Made by a program: the position numbers and the translations under genes. A stretch of DNA of 64,000 bases from Eledone cirrhosa. Taxonomy: Eukaryota. Location of the stretch: assembly GCA_964016885.1 (NCBI GenBank), contig OZ024741.1:114142001-114206000 (forward strand). Direction: 5' to 3'. Within the stretch, counting starts at the first letter, position 1. Every line of letters starts with the position of its first letter. This document shows positions 17,101-29,879 of the stretch, piece after piece. Under the pieces are notes generated by a model that was not told where the DNA came from, searched no databases, and saw only the letters and a program-made list of their open reading frames with translations.

Positions 17101-17459
17101 GATAATGTCAAAGTTAGTTATTTCACTAAATTCTTATAAATTCATCATTGTTTTCAAATGATGGTGGATTGGCAGTGTTGTTAGAGCATAGGACAACATG
17201 TTTGCAGCATATTGTTACAGCCCATTATGTTCTAAGTTCAAATGTCAAAGTTAGCTTTGCCTTTCATTCTTACAGGGTTGATAAAATAAAGCACCAGTAA
17301 TGGGGTCGATTTTATTGACTTTCACCGTCCCTTCAAATTGCTGGCCTTGTGCCAAATGTATAAACAATTATTTTCAAAATTAATTGAAAATTATGAGCAG
17401 TGTCTTCTTTCATTAGAAATATAACAAAAATGAATAATTATCTGTGGAATTTTCTCTAG

Positions 17460-17667
17460 ATATTACAGTTCTGAGACCAACTGTAGCACGGACAGCAGAG
17501 ATTTGGGTGTTTTGGATGAAGATCAAACAGCAAAGAATATCCAAATGAGTAACAGCTCTCCTCCAGCATATGAAAACAGCAGCAACAACACTCCTATGAT
17601 GAACACAACGGAGGACCTTCTAAAGGACGCTGAAAGAAATGGGAGAAAATTTATTGCTGATGGAAAG
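17460..17667 (+). CDS. TTC23: TTC23-like coding exon 2 (YYSSETNC…TTEDLLKDAERNGRKFIADGK)
   Basis: Acceptor tttctcTAG at 17459 (alternative CAG at 17468), open frame of 69 codons, donor AAG|GTATTT. Phase 0 into the next exon. Confidence 0.75.
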
Positions 17668-17809
17668 GTATTTTGATTTTATAACCTTTCATATCTTTAT
17701 TCTTTTATTTGTTTACTAATTTTAGTCATTAGAATGGGGCCATGCTGGGGCACTGCTTTGAAGAGACTTTAATTGGTCACATCAGAGATGTAGTGGGATA
17801 GTAAGCAAA

Positions 17810-18506
17810 CTAACATGTCGGTAAAACTAGGTATGCAGTAGATGAACAGGGAAAGTTGGCAGTAGTAATCGATGTGATAGACTCATTTTTCCAATGCAGG
17901 TGGGTTCTATAGAAGTGGTTGATAGCTTCCTGTACCTAGGTGATCAGATTAGCATGGGAAGGGGGGTGTTCCGAGGCCATAGTATCTAGAGTAAGGATGG
18001 GTGGAAGAAGTTTAGGGAGCTGCTCCCTCTGTTGACAAAGAAGAGTTTCTCCCTGCGTACGAAAGGACGGTTATATGATGCCTGTATGAGATGCACGATG
18101 CTGCATGGTAGTGAGACATGGGCAGCAACTGCAGAAGATATGCGATGGCTGGAGAGAAATGAAGCAAGTATGCTACATTGGATGTGCAATGTCAATGTGT
18201 GTGAACGACCAAGCATAGACGAGTTGAGAAAGAAACTGGGTATAAGAGGGATAAGTTGTGGTGTGCAGGAGAGAAGGCTGAGATGGTATGGATATGTGAT
18301 GCACATGGAGAATGACCGATGGGTGAAGAAGTGCCAGGAAGTCCCAGTAGAGGTAGACCACGAAAAACATGGGCGGAGGTGGTGAGAGCAGACCTCAGAT
18401 CGCTGAAACTCACGGAGGAGATGACGAAGGATCGTGACGGCTGGAGAGATGCTGTGCTGAATAGGACCCATCCAACCCTTGCAAGCAGGGAAAAAGCGGA
18501 CGTAAA

Positions 18507-18537
<31 letters not shown>
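17810..18537 (+). mobile_element. RTE-clade LINE, 3' fragment with (TGA)n tail
   Basis: ORFs 18032-18510 with MLHGSETW, RLRWYG and RGRPRKTW motifs. Confidence 0.9.
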
Positions 18538-18538
<1 letters not shown>

Positions 18539-19191
18539 AATATATGTATAGTAGTGTTAGCTTTCTTTTTTTTAAGAATGTTTGTAAAGAAGAAACTGCT
18601 TTCTTCCAATGACAACAATGGTGCAGGCTTACATGTTAAATTTTAGAAAAGTATTGCTGATTTACACTGTTCCACTTACAGATTAACTATGCAAGATTTG
18701 CCATAATACTAAAGACTCTTCCCTCAGAACAGGCACTGTGACATTAATGTGAGACCAGAGGCTACAGTGCTGGTGATTGAACAGTAACAATATTGGGCTT
18801 TAGAGGACCCTTCAGTCAGGATGAGCATGTGACAACCTCACTAGTGCTAGTGCCACGATAAAATGCACACTATAAACCCTGTAAAGTTTTAGTTCTGTTG
18901 CCATGATAACACACACTGTTAGGTTGTTCCCATTAGGAATGGCATTCAGCCATAGAAAGCATGCCAAAAATGGAATATATGAGGAAGCTGAGGTCATTCT
19001 CACCTGTCTGGTCTTGAACTGAGAAAACCCATCCAACCATTCCGGCATGAAAACCTGACATAAAATGATGATTATGATGAAATTCCAGTTTTTCTTGATT
19101 ATTTCTTAACCTTTTTGATACCAACTTGCCTGAAACTGTTCCTAGTTCTATGACACAAACTGTTTGTGTTAGAGTGTTTATGTTTATTTAA

Positions 19192-19411
19192 CCCTTTAGT
19201 ATTCACATTAATCTATATATACTATTATATTTTCATGGTAAATGCTTTATCTCACATAATTATCTCACGTAATATTGAATCTATGAGATTTTGAAAGTAT
19301 TTATTTTGAGAACAATACCTTACCATCAGTTTGAGTGACCAGTTACAGCCAGTTTCAACAGAAAAAGATAGAGAATTCTGGCCGGTTTTGGCCAGTTTGA
19401 ACATTAAAGGG
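19192..19411. mobile_element. piggyBac-type MITE
   Basis: TTAA|CCCTTTAGTATTCA … TGAACATTAAAGGG|TTAA: terminal inverted repeats (TIRs) with TTAA target duplication. Confidence 0.75.
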
Positions 19412-19572
19412 TTAAAAACCTTCAACCATAATTTTGTGGAAGAGCTTTTGTTAAGTTATATTCCAAATATCAACTTAATAATGAGAAGGTTAGTTATTTA
19501 ACTAAATACCTTCAAATTCTTGATTATTTTAAAAGATGTTTGAAAATCATAGGCAATGACTTACATTAAAAA

Positions 19573-19889
19573 CTAGCAGCAGTACCCAGCGTTGCCTGGG
19601 TAGGTAAAATAATATCTGCTTTGATGAAAAGGGGTTGATCTTAGCAACTGCTTCTCGATGACTCATCTATGACTCATCTATACTCCCTCTCTCTATATAT
19701 AGATGAGGGCGACATCATAACTTTCTGTCTATCTACTTCTTTTTGTCATCTCAAAAACATATTGTGATCCCTTTTCTCTCTCTATCTATGTACATATCTC
19801 TCACTTGGTGCTCCTCCTCTCTATATATGAAGTGAGCGTGACGGATGGAGGGGTGGACAGACAGACAGAGAGCGCTCTTATAATATAGA
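19573..19889 (-). mobile_element. Non-autonomous Helitron (~317 bp)
   Basis: Minus strand starts A|TC, ends with the CCCAGGCAACGCTGGG hairpin then CTAG|T. (CTGT)n near the 5' end. Confidence 0.75.
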
Positions 19890-19902
19890 TTATTATTTTT
19901 AT

Positions 19903-20350
19903 TAGGGCGGTGGATTGGCAGTATTGGTAGAGCATTGGATACCATGCTTTGCAACACGGAGTTAGACCCTTTACGGTCTGAGTTCAAATCCTGCTGAGGT
20001 TAGCTTTGCGTCTCATCCTTATGGAGTCGATAAAATAAAGTACCAGTAATGTACTGCGGTCGATTTAATTGACTTTCCCCTCCTCCAAAATTGTTGGCCT
20101 TGTGCCTAAATCAGAAACCATTGTGCCAAGAGTAGAAACAATTATTATTATTATAGTAGAAGGGCAGTGGATTGGCAGTATCAGTAGAGGGTCGGACGCC
20201 ATGCTTTCTAGCAGAGAGTTACGTCCGTTTACGGACTGAGTTCAAATCCCTCCAAGGTTAACTTTGCCTTTCATCCTTACGGGGTCGATAAAATAAAGTA
20301 CCAGTAATGTACTAGGTAATTGCTGGCCTTGTGCCAAAAGTAGAAACAAT
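19903..20350 (+). mobile_element. Two tandem tRNA-derived SINE copies (relatives at ~16920, ~17160, ~44820 and 60110-60290 on minus)
   Basis: A/B-box-like head (TGGCAG..TGGT; GAGTTCAAATCC) and shared body GCCTTTCATCCTTACGGGGTCGATAAAATAAAGTACC. Confidence 0.85.
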
Positions 20351-21186
20351 TATTATAGTAGTAGAAAAAGAAGATAGCTGTAGATTTGGAAATGGTTTTC
20401 TATACTGTCTAACCCATGCTAGCATGGAAGATGGACGTTAAATGATGATGATGATGATGATACTATTTCTCAGTGAATTTGTGAGAAATATTCCTCATAT
20501 CTGTAAGGCAATTGATATCCATAATAATAAATCATTTCTTATATTGAGCACACTATGCTTTCATTTATCTGAAGTTTTGAATAGAATGTAATGTTGTACA
20601 AAATCCCCTTTCCTGTGTTGTAACATTTGTATGTAGTGAACATTTGAAATATTTTTTGAATGTTTCCTTTGAGCAATTTAAGTTTAGGACAGTATTATTT
20701 ATTATTAAGCATTGTAGCTAATGATAATTTTAGAACATTTTAGATAACTTCCAAAGAAATATAACATAATTCATATTTTTCAGTCATATCTTGAGGACTT
20801 AAGCAATTAATTGTCACTTTTAGTTATTTTGTTATTTTGTTTTCTATCTATTCTCTGCTCTTTGGTTACAAAATGATACACATTCTTCAGAATATAATTA
20901 AATGTAGCATAATGGTCACTAGTTACTAGGAGGCTACACATAAATTCTTATCTGTAGATACACAGTGTGAAGGCATGTGACTTAAGAGTTGGTTGTTTGG
21001 CTCATAATCATCAGGTTATGGTTTGATTCTTGGAGGCACATTGTGTCCTTGAGCTAGATACTTTATTTAATGTTGCACCGGTCCATTCATGAAATTAACA
21101 TGTAAGGGGCTGAGCATTTAACACATGCACCCAAGGAGATTCTACATGATACAGTGTGTGACAAGGCTGCAATTACAGATACAGTC

Positions 21187-21516
21187 TATAGTGAGGATAC
21201 TGGGTTGTATGAATGTAACAAGGAATACATTGTTTGTGTGTATAATATTTAATTAACAATGGTAGATAGTATAGTTGACATGTCAAAGAAATAGATGATA
21301 GAATGAAACAAAGTTAGTCGTTACCGTTTTGATTGCCAGGCAAACGCGGCTGGCAGAGGACGCCTGGCTAAGGCCAGGCGCCGGAAGGGCAAATGAGAGA
21401 GAGAGAGCCGAAGGTTATTCGTTTTATAGGGCTCTGACCGGAAGTTACAGAAAGGGTTCTACTTCCCGTCTAGATGTTAATCTATTGGGGTCACAACAAG
21501 GGAGACAACCGCTACA
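21187..21516 (-). mobile_element. Solo LTR (Gypsy-like), 330 bp
   Basis: Ends TATAGTG…CGCTACA (decayed TG…CA inverted termini). 4-bp target duplication AGTC at 21183 and 21517. TATAAAA and ATTAAA on the minus strand. Interrupts a SINE-like host sequence. Confidence 0.7.
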
Positions 21517-23629
21517 AGTCCATCTGATGGGCTTTCAAACAGTTTGTGCCTACCCAATTTTATAAGTCGACCCAAGGCTATGGTATATGACACTTATCCA
21601 AGATGCCACACAGTGGAATCGAACCCAGGACCTAATGATTCTTATGAGAACTTTCTAACTATTTAGCATGCTGCATCCACAATGTGGAAGAAACATTGAA
21701 CTGGACTTGCCAATTTGCATAATTTTAGTGCTTACTATGATTATGATTTTAAACTCATTAGTATTGTAGATTTTACAGTAAACATGCTCAAGAGTAACCT
21801 GTTTTATTGTTATCTAGTGTTGGTGACATGACAAAAGCACCCAGTCCACACTGTAAAGTGTTCGGGTTGGTGACATGACAAAACGTGCCCTGCCCATATT
21901 GTAAAGTGGTTGTTTTGATGCCACGGTAAAAATTACCCAATATACATTGTAAACGTTAAGAAGGGCACCGAGCTGTAGAAACCAAGCCAAAATCAGTTCT
22001 GTATTGTTTGTCTCACAATGGGATAACTCATTTAACCCATGCTAGCATGGAAAATAGCGATGATGATGACGTTTCTCCTCCCAGTCTTTGTCATGGTGTA
22101 TTCATCCAGCGATTCTGTGTAGGATAAAATGTCACTGGCAACTGAATTCCTGATGAGTTTGTACCTGACCTGTAAGATGTGTAGTACATGTGTGTGTGGA
22201 GGGGGGAGGGGTTTATAGCTCATCTGCCTAGCAGGATGTCTCACTGATTGATCTTGTCCAAAATGGGATATATTGTGTCTGTACGTGCCCAGTCCAACAC
22301 AACACTCTGGCCAGAATGCATAAACATATAACCCCAGCACACAGAGCAAATATCACAACTTGCTTTCCCAATCGATTGATAGAGAGAAAGAGAGGGCCCT
22401 TGACTCTGTTGCTACTTCCTGCTTCCCATTACCTGACATCACTTTGCTCTTCTGCTTCAGGCAAGGCTCTCTGGCCCCATGACGTCACTGGCCATTATAC
22501 TTCCAGAAAAGCCTCCAGCCCCAGATGTTGTTTTCTTAAATTTTGAGTCCTTGTTTGACGCACTTATTTTTGCATATGTTGTCTGAGAACTGCCATATGC
22601 CATTCAGAGGCTAGCTATACTAATTTAAACCCTTTTGATATCAACCTGCTTGAAACTGCCTTGGTTTTATGATATTAAGCTCTTTATTTCAAAGTGTTTT
22701 ATTTATTTAGAAACCTTCCATTATAATTTTCTGTAGGAACCTTTGTTTAGCTGATCTAAATACCAGAAAGATACTAAATGCTTTAAAATTCTTGACTATT
22801 TTCAAAATTATTTGAAAAGCATAGGCAATAAATATGGTAATGTCAGAGTTAAGCCTCTTGTAACTTTTCTTCAGAGTTATATACAACAAGTGTTTGAAAG
22901 CCATTTTCCCTGTCACATTTAAAACACCATTCTCATGACAGGGTCCTATGTGAGGTAATGTTTTACAGTTGTGTGTCCTTCCTGGTGCCAACCCTTCTAG
23001 TCACCTCATATGATATTCAGGGATATAGTTTACCTATTCTACACCAGATATGCAAGTTATATCTCTGCTGATATAACTATTTCTACAGAAAGTTTCAGTT
23101 GATGTTAGGATCTTCATCAATATCATCATCATCATCGTTTAACGTCTATTTCCCATGCCAGTATGGGTTAAACGAGTTTGTCCCATTAGAAGTAAGTTGG
23201 GTTGGGTGACCTTGTCTTGTTCATATAGGACTGTTTCTGGCTAGATTTCTACAGCTGGGTGCCCTTCCTAATGCCAACCACATTTACAATGTGAGCTGGG
23301 TGCTTTTTGTCATGTCTCCTACACGACCACTTTACATTATGGGCTGGGTGCTTTTAGTTGTGACACCTACACGACCACTCTACACTGTGGACTGCTTTTA
23401 GTCATGATACCTACGCGACCACTTTACAGTGTGGGCTGGGTACATTTTGTTGTGACACCTACAATAATTATGGTACTGATTTCCTTTATAAACCAGTCAA
23501 CTATTCTAAAATTGGTACCACTACTGGTGCTGGCAATACATTGTGGGATTTTGCTTTGTTGTAAGAGGAAAGCTCAGTGACTGCCTTGTTCTTTTAAGTC
23601 TATTGTAATACTTTTTGGTCACTATCTTT

Positions 23630-24200
23630 ATTCGTACATTTCATTATCATTATCATTTTTACATGTTTTTTTCATGTTAGTACGGCTTAAATAAGTTAGT
23701 ACAGCTTCCATATGTTTCCACTTCATAAGGTTCAACATCCTGAGGTCAGCTTTCACCACTTCACCCTTAATCTTCCTTGGTCTCCCTCTTCTGTGGCTTC
23801 CCTCTGCTTTGGTGTACTGCCACATCTTCATCCAAAATTATCATCTGCTATATGTATTACATGACTGTTTTAGTGCAGCATTCTCTTCTGCGTGTTACAT
23901 TGGATTCTGCATATGCCCATTTTTTTCTCTCAGCTCATCGATGCTTCATCATTTATGCACACTGTTATCACACACCCAATGAAGCATACTTTCACGCCAT
24001 GCCTCACTACCATACATCACACTTCTCATGTAAGAATCATATAATCTATATTTCCCTTTAAGGGGGAATGCCTTAGTTGCTATCAGAGGTACTAGCGTCC
24101 TGAACTTTTTCCAACCTGACCTTCCTCTGGCCTCTATGATCTCAGAGCACCCTCTTCCAATACTAATTATATCACCTAGATAGCTGAAACTAACACCTAG
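23630..24200 (-). mobile_element. Decayed RTE LINE 3' fragment
   Basis: RRGRPRK and GWKKFR-like motifs on the minus strand. Confidence 0.75.
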
Positions 24201-24797
24201 ATATTTGTATTACTACATACATTTATAGAATTAAAAATACGAGTATTTTTAATACAGGGTGTATAGAAAGACCATTGATGTAAAGATTGTTTCTCTAGGA
24301 AGCATTTATTCAAGTATTCAACTTTTAAGCATAAGCATTTCTTTTTGTCAAATGTTATCCATAGCTGCTATAGAGCAGCTGAAAACATTGTCATTAATTC
24401 CAACTGTTCTTTAGCATTGCAAACATTCCTAATAGACATCTTTAGATCATCCACTAAAAAATTATGTTTTATTATTGTCTCTGGCTGTCATATACTGAAG
24501 CATATATTTTAAAGAAACAACAACGAATTTAATGCTGAAAGAAAAAAAATATAAATAAAATCCTAGACAAATTACAAACTTGGAATATTCCAAGTAAAGA
24601 TGGGTGTCTGGTTAACGATGATGATATTGATGAAGATCCTAACATCAACTGAAACTTTCTGTAGAAATAGTTATATCAGCAGAGATATAACTTCAAGAGT
24701 ACATGGTTTTGGGTCCAGCTTCAAGTTGACCAATGCCATGTAAGTGAAATTTTATAGATAGAAACTGTGCAGAAGCCCATTATATATATATATATGT

Positions 24798-26915
24798 ATA
24801 TGACAGGTGATTGTAAGTTCATTATTTACATCAACGTTTCACTCAAGATTAGCAGTTTGAAATTGTGGTATACATCAGCAGTTCCGCTTGTATATTTGGG
24901 GTCTATATTCTAAGGGCTTGAAAATACCACAAGAGAGACCCTTTGGATAGCGTAGACGCCGGACCATACCCGCAAATATATACCCTGATCTGTCTTGAAT
25001 ATGCATGGCTGACGGAATATAGATAACACGACCACCATCTAAGCTGGAACTGACCCCTACAACAGACAAAGAGGGGACAGCCCTTCGCATTTGACCAGTC
25101 GCGCGTGTGCTTGGAGTTCGTGAGAGGAGGAGATATTAGCGAGAGACACAATATACCACCCCAGTCAAATCCATACTGGTTTTTTTACCAATATAGCATG
25201 TAAACCAATACATCCTATGCAGCGAGACCTTGGATTTAGATCCGGCAGGCTGATCTATCGCAGACGCGTGCAATCCCCGAAACTAAATGATCGAACGGAC
25301 CACACCCAGCAACCACTAGCTATTTGATCCACAGGTACATTTCCCAGAGAGTCCACACAGCTGATAGTGAATCCCAGTTGATTCGTGAACTCTGAACTTT
25401 TAAACAAGACCAACTGTGCCTGGAGCTATGCAGATGACTACATGCACACAATGGATATCGCACCCACAAGGTCACCTGTATTGTTCATCTTGCTGTATGT
25501 GTGTAAAGTATCCGTGCGTGGGATATCCCTGAGTACATTTTCTTGACTATCAATTGTTTATTGATTGTTTGTTGATTAGGCAGGAATATACCATTATGTC
25601 TTTGTTAATCCTATGTGTGTGTTGCTGTATGTGTGTAAAGTATCCGAGCGCGGGATATCCCTGAGCTAATTTTGCTTGACTGTTAATTGATTATTGATTG
25701 TTTGTTAATTAGGCAGGAATATATTATTATGTCTTTGTTAATCCTGTATTAATAATTTTATAATAATTTTTTGATAGTACATTATTAGATTACTGAAGCT
25801 ACCTTATACCTTCTTAAAAATACATTTTATAATTATTGTCTTTTTGCTTATGTATTTTCTTACTTATCATTTTCTTTAATCTTGCCCAACTTGATAAGCT
25901 CTTTGAATTGCTCCCTAATTAAATTACTTAAATTACTTAAATTAGTTTATCTATTATACCTAAGTTGTATCTGTTGAAGCAGCCCTTTGAAAATTCCTTG
26001 GATATCCCAAATCCCGTAATTTTTAACTTTTAATTTGTAATTTTCCTCAATCCGTTTTTTATATATATCTTTAAAGGCTCTCTAAAATTTTAATTCTTCG
26101 AAGGGTATCTCGGAAGAGGTTCTTATTAAAAATATTAAAGGGGCCTTTTCTGAGGGATTTTTTGAAGGCTTTTTGAATTAACCTTTAATTGATTAGTTTC
26201 TTGCAACTTAGTAGGGATTGTCAAAACTTAGTAAATTTTCTGAAATTTTTTAATGTGACCTCTGGGGAAGAAAATCTTTTTTCTTTCGAAAAATTTTTTT
26301 TTTCTTTCGAAGGAATTTTTTAGGAATTTTTTTAGGAAACTTTATATTTTTATTTTTATTTTTTAATTTTTTTAGTCTCTTAATCTCTTCTGGTTTGTTA
26401 GGTTTATTGGGGCTTGTAAGCTTTATGCACTTATTGAGGGATTTTTTAAGGTGCTTCTACGAGATCCCAAGTCTTTTACTTTTAATGCGTAAATTATAAT
26501 TTATCTAATTTTTAACCTTCAATCCCTTTTCAAATTCTCTTAACTCCCCATAACCCATCCCTCTTACAACTCCGACAACTAATATAAAAGAGCCCCCTTA
26601 GAATATAGACCCCAAATATACAAGCGGAACTGCTTATGTATACCACAATTTCAAACTGCTAATCTTGAGTGAAACGTTGATGTAAATAATGAACTTACAA
26701 TCACCTGTTATATGCCTTGAAAAGTCCCACCATATGGTCGGACGAAACGGCTGTCGGCAATAAACTTGTTATAATGTCATAATAGTTCCTTTGTTCTTTT
26801 TCATTAATATTTCTGCTCTGCTTATACGCATAGAGCTTAACTAGCTACCGTCGCATATTTGGTAAGTCAGGCGTGATCATCGCGATTCACATACGACCTA
26901 CCATACATCTTGCTT
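24798..26915 (+). mobile_element. Non-coding Penelope-derived/retrozyme-like element with ~119-bp inverted repeats and a hammerhead
   Basis: 24798-24916 is the reverse complement of ~26595-26713. Hammerhead follows immediately. Flanked by TA-rich microsatellite. Internal ~132-bp tandem duplication at 25491/25623. Confidence 0.6.
26713..26759 (+). ncRNA. Minimal type I hammerhead ribozyme, U3-A8 core variant
   Basis: TGCC-TTGAAAA-GTCC…GGAC-GAAAC-GGCT-GTC-GGCA. Helices I and II pair perfectly; GUC cleavage triplet. Confidence 0.8.
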
Positions 26916-27225
26916 ATATGTATATGTATATAATCATCATCATCATCATCACCGTTTTACGTCCGTTCTTCCACGCTAGCATGGGTTAGACGGGTTGTCC
27001 TGTTGTGGGCAGTGTCCGGTCGGCTGAACTTGTCTTGTTCATACTGGAACTGATTCTGGCTTGCTTTCTACAGCTGGAAGCCCTTCCTGACACCAACTTC
27101 ATTTACAGTGAGTGGTGGGTGCCTTTTTTCCGTGGCACCTACACGTCCACTTTACAGTGTGGGCTGGGTATTTTTTTGCCGTGGTACCTCCACGACCACT
27201 TTGCAGTGGGAGGAGGGGGGGGGGC

Positions 27226-27256
<31 letters not shown>

Positions 27257-27563
27257 TTGTATAAATAAAGAACAGTTTTCTTTCAAACACATACTGTAAA
27301 CACAACTGTACTCAAGTTTGATTATTTCTATAAATAATTTTTCATATTATTCCATACAGCAAATAGATAAATAGATAAGGAGAAAGTTAGTTATATTATT
27401 AAGTCACTTTCATTTTGAATATAATGAAGAATTTATTTCAAAACCATAGGTAGTGTTTTACATTAGATATATGGTAACAAAAGGGTTAAAACAACTTAAT
27501 GGCAGCCCCAATATATTGTATGAGATGTCACATCAATATTCTTTTCACTTTTATTTATTACAG

Positions 27564-27687
27564 ATCAATGAAGCTGTCCATGAATTAGTACGGGCCATGA
27601 CATTGACCAGGGTGGTGTTTGGGGCCACACACTGGCGCTTGGCTGCCAGTTATGTTCATTTAGCTGAAATTTATCTTCAAGGAAAAG
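27564..27687 (+). CDS. TTC23: TTC23-like coding exon 3 (INEAVHELVRAMTLTRVVFGATHWRLAASYVHLAEIYLQGK)
   Basis: Polypyrimidine tract + CAG acceptor, G|GTA donor. Strongly resembles the vertebrate TTC23 segment [38 protein letters not shown] (recalled). Confidence 0.9.
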
Positions 27688-28335
27688 GTATATATTTTGT
27701 TTTTACTCTCTTTTATGCTTTTACTTCTTTAAGTGATTAGGCAGCAGCCATGCTGGAGCACTACCCTAATATTTAGTTTATCAACCTGTTTCTGTTGAAC
27801 TGTACAGACACAAATGTAAACACACACACATCATAATCATCATTATCAACAACCTTTTTTAAGTTTGCTTTTCTATGTTGAAATGGGTTGGATGGTATGT
27901 TTTGAGACAACAGTAGAATGTCCTTCATGATACCAAATTGTTAAGTTACCTCTTACAACATACTGAGATATAGTGTATCGATTCTAAAAACCTGGATACA
28001 TACGGCTATATGTATATAAGTTTATCATATTATGTGTGGTATAAAAACGTTGAGGGTTGGTGAAATAAATCACTGCCACTATTGGAATTGAATAATCAAA
28101 ACCGTAGCAGTATGTCGCATATCAAATCTTATATCTTGTCTGATGAAAATGTACTTAAACACCATTACCTTTGAAATATGTATAAATAAAATATATATTT
28201 TGATTATGAGAATATTTTTCATTTATTAATATTTTGAACAATATTAAATACTCCAGGAAAATCCTCTGTCGAGTGCTTCTAATCTATTGTAAAATTGAAT
28301 TCATTGAATAATCAACGAACCATATTAATCTTTGG

Positions 28336-28376
<41 letters not shown>

Positions 28377-28670
28377 AAGTTATGTTGGTGCCACACCATC
28401 CAGGCCGAAACAAATGAGATCGTGTAGGTGTCACGACAAAAAAACACACAGTCCACGCTGTAATGTGGCCGTGTAGGCAACACGGTAAAAACCTCCCAGA
28501 CCCACACTGTAAATGTGGTTGGTGTTAGGAAGGGCATCCAACTGTAGAAAACCTGCCAGACAGTCCTATGCGAGCAAGACAATCACTCTTGCCTCAAGTG
28601 GGACTACCCCCGTCCAAACCCATGCAAGCGTGGAACACGGACGTTAAACGTTGATGATGATGATGATGAT

Positions 28671-29349
28671 ATTTATAGTTGTGTATATAAACCAAAGAAT
28701 TAAGACATTTATAAACTGTTTCTACTCAGGTTATGCTACCTATATCAAATTATTTTATTTAATAATTTGCGACTAGCAAGTAGACCTGTAATAAATACAT
28801 GTACAAAGACGTGTGATGAGCATGAATACTTAAACCGAACAGTTTAGTTGCTGCTAGTATTTCAGCCTGCCAAGACCTGTCCAGTGCTCATTCTCCTATC
28901 GCCATCAGCAACTCAGGACATTATTCTTATACGAACCAAGGGCTGTACTTCTTCGACGTGAGTAACTGAAAGCTAATATTTACAACACTCATGGACTTGA
29001 ACATTATTGCCCACTGACCTGCTCACATACATCTTTGTCACATATTCTGCATTAGTCATACTTGTCATATGACTTAATAAATTCCTATGTTTGTTTTTGA
29101 TCAAAACATCTTCTGATTTATTATACACCTTTTTATATCACTGCAGACTGTCTTGCTACAGACCACATGTGTCATCAGACTTTATTTAAATGCTCCAATT
29201 TAAATAAACTCTAGTGACACATGTGGCCTACCTACTAATCGCAAATTTATTAAATAAAATAATTTGATATAGATAGCATAACCTGGGTAGAAACAATTGT
29301 AAGTTTATAAATGCTTTAAATCTTTGGTTTATTTACAAATTATAAATAT
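28671..29349. mobile_element. MITE/foldback element with ~120-bp diverged terminal inverted repeats
   Basis: AACCAAAGAATTAAGACATTTATAAAC…ATTTGCGA (28700-28790) is mirrored by TCGCAAAT…GTTTATAAATGCTTTAAATCTTTGGTT (29240-29330). Confidence 0.7.
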
Positions 29350-29458
29350 ATAACAGCTCTGCATGACTCTTATAGCATTGAGCTAAAATACACCCTGTAA
29401 ATTAGTATACTTACTTCCATTAATATTATTATTATATTGTTATTGTTATATATATAAA

Positions 29459-29490
<32 letters not shown>

Positions 29491-29681
29491 TAATATTAAT
29501 ACAATAACAGAGATAGTTTAAAGCTAATCTCTGACTGGTAACCATCTCACTCAACAAACATTAGGTTATATTTTAATATAAACCCAATTTAAGTGTTTGG
29601 AGTGCTAACAATATGTATTATGTGGAAAAGCCAGTTGTATTATTTTATGAGATATAAATAAAGTTAAAATATATCTCTCTT

Positions 29682-29775
29682 TCCAAACAATTGTTTCATT
29701 ATAAGTTTTCTACAAATTCGGAAAATGTTTCCAGTTTATGTATATTTAGGTGGGCGCTTATAAATCATCAGTGGA
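29682..29775 (-). ncRNA. Type I hammerhead ribozyme with a long helix II insert
   Basis: Minus strand: TCCA-CTGATGA-TTTATAAG…(~50 nt)…CTTATAAT-GAAAC-AATT-GTT-TGGA. Palindromic helix III ACAATTGT. Confidence 0.7.
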
Positions 29776-29845
29776 TGCCCATTAAACCTTGATATAAGAA
29801 AAACATTTCTTACCACGGTTAAAAATCATGTCCGTTAAGTTGCTC

Positions 29846-29876
<31 letters not shown>

Positions 29877-29879
29877 GAT

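Noticed and set aside
28133-28190. Hammerhead-like CTGATGA…GAAATATGTA
   Set aside because: Helix II is plausible but helix I does not pair; at best a decayed copy.
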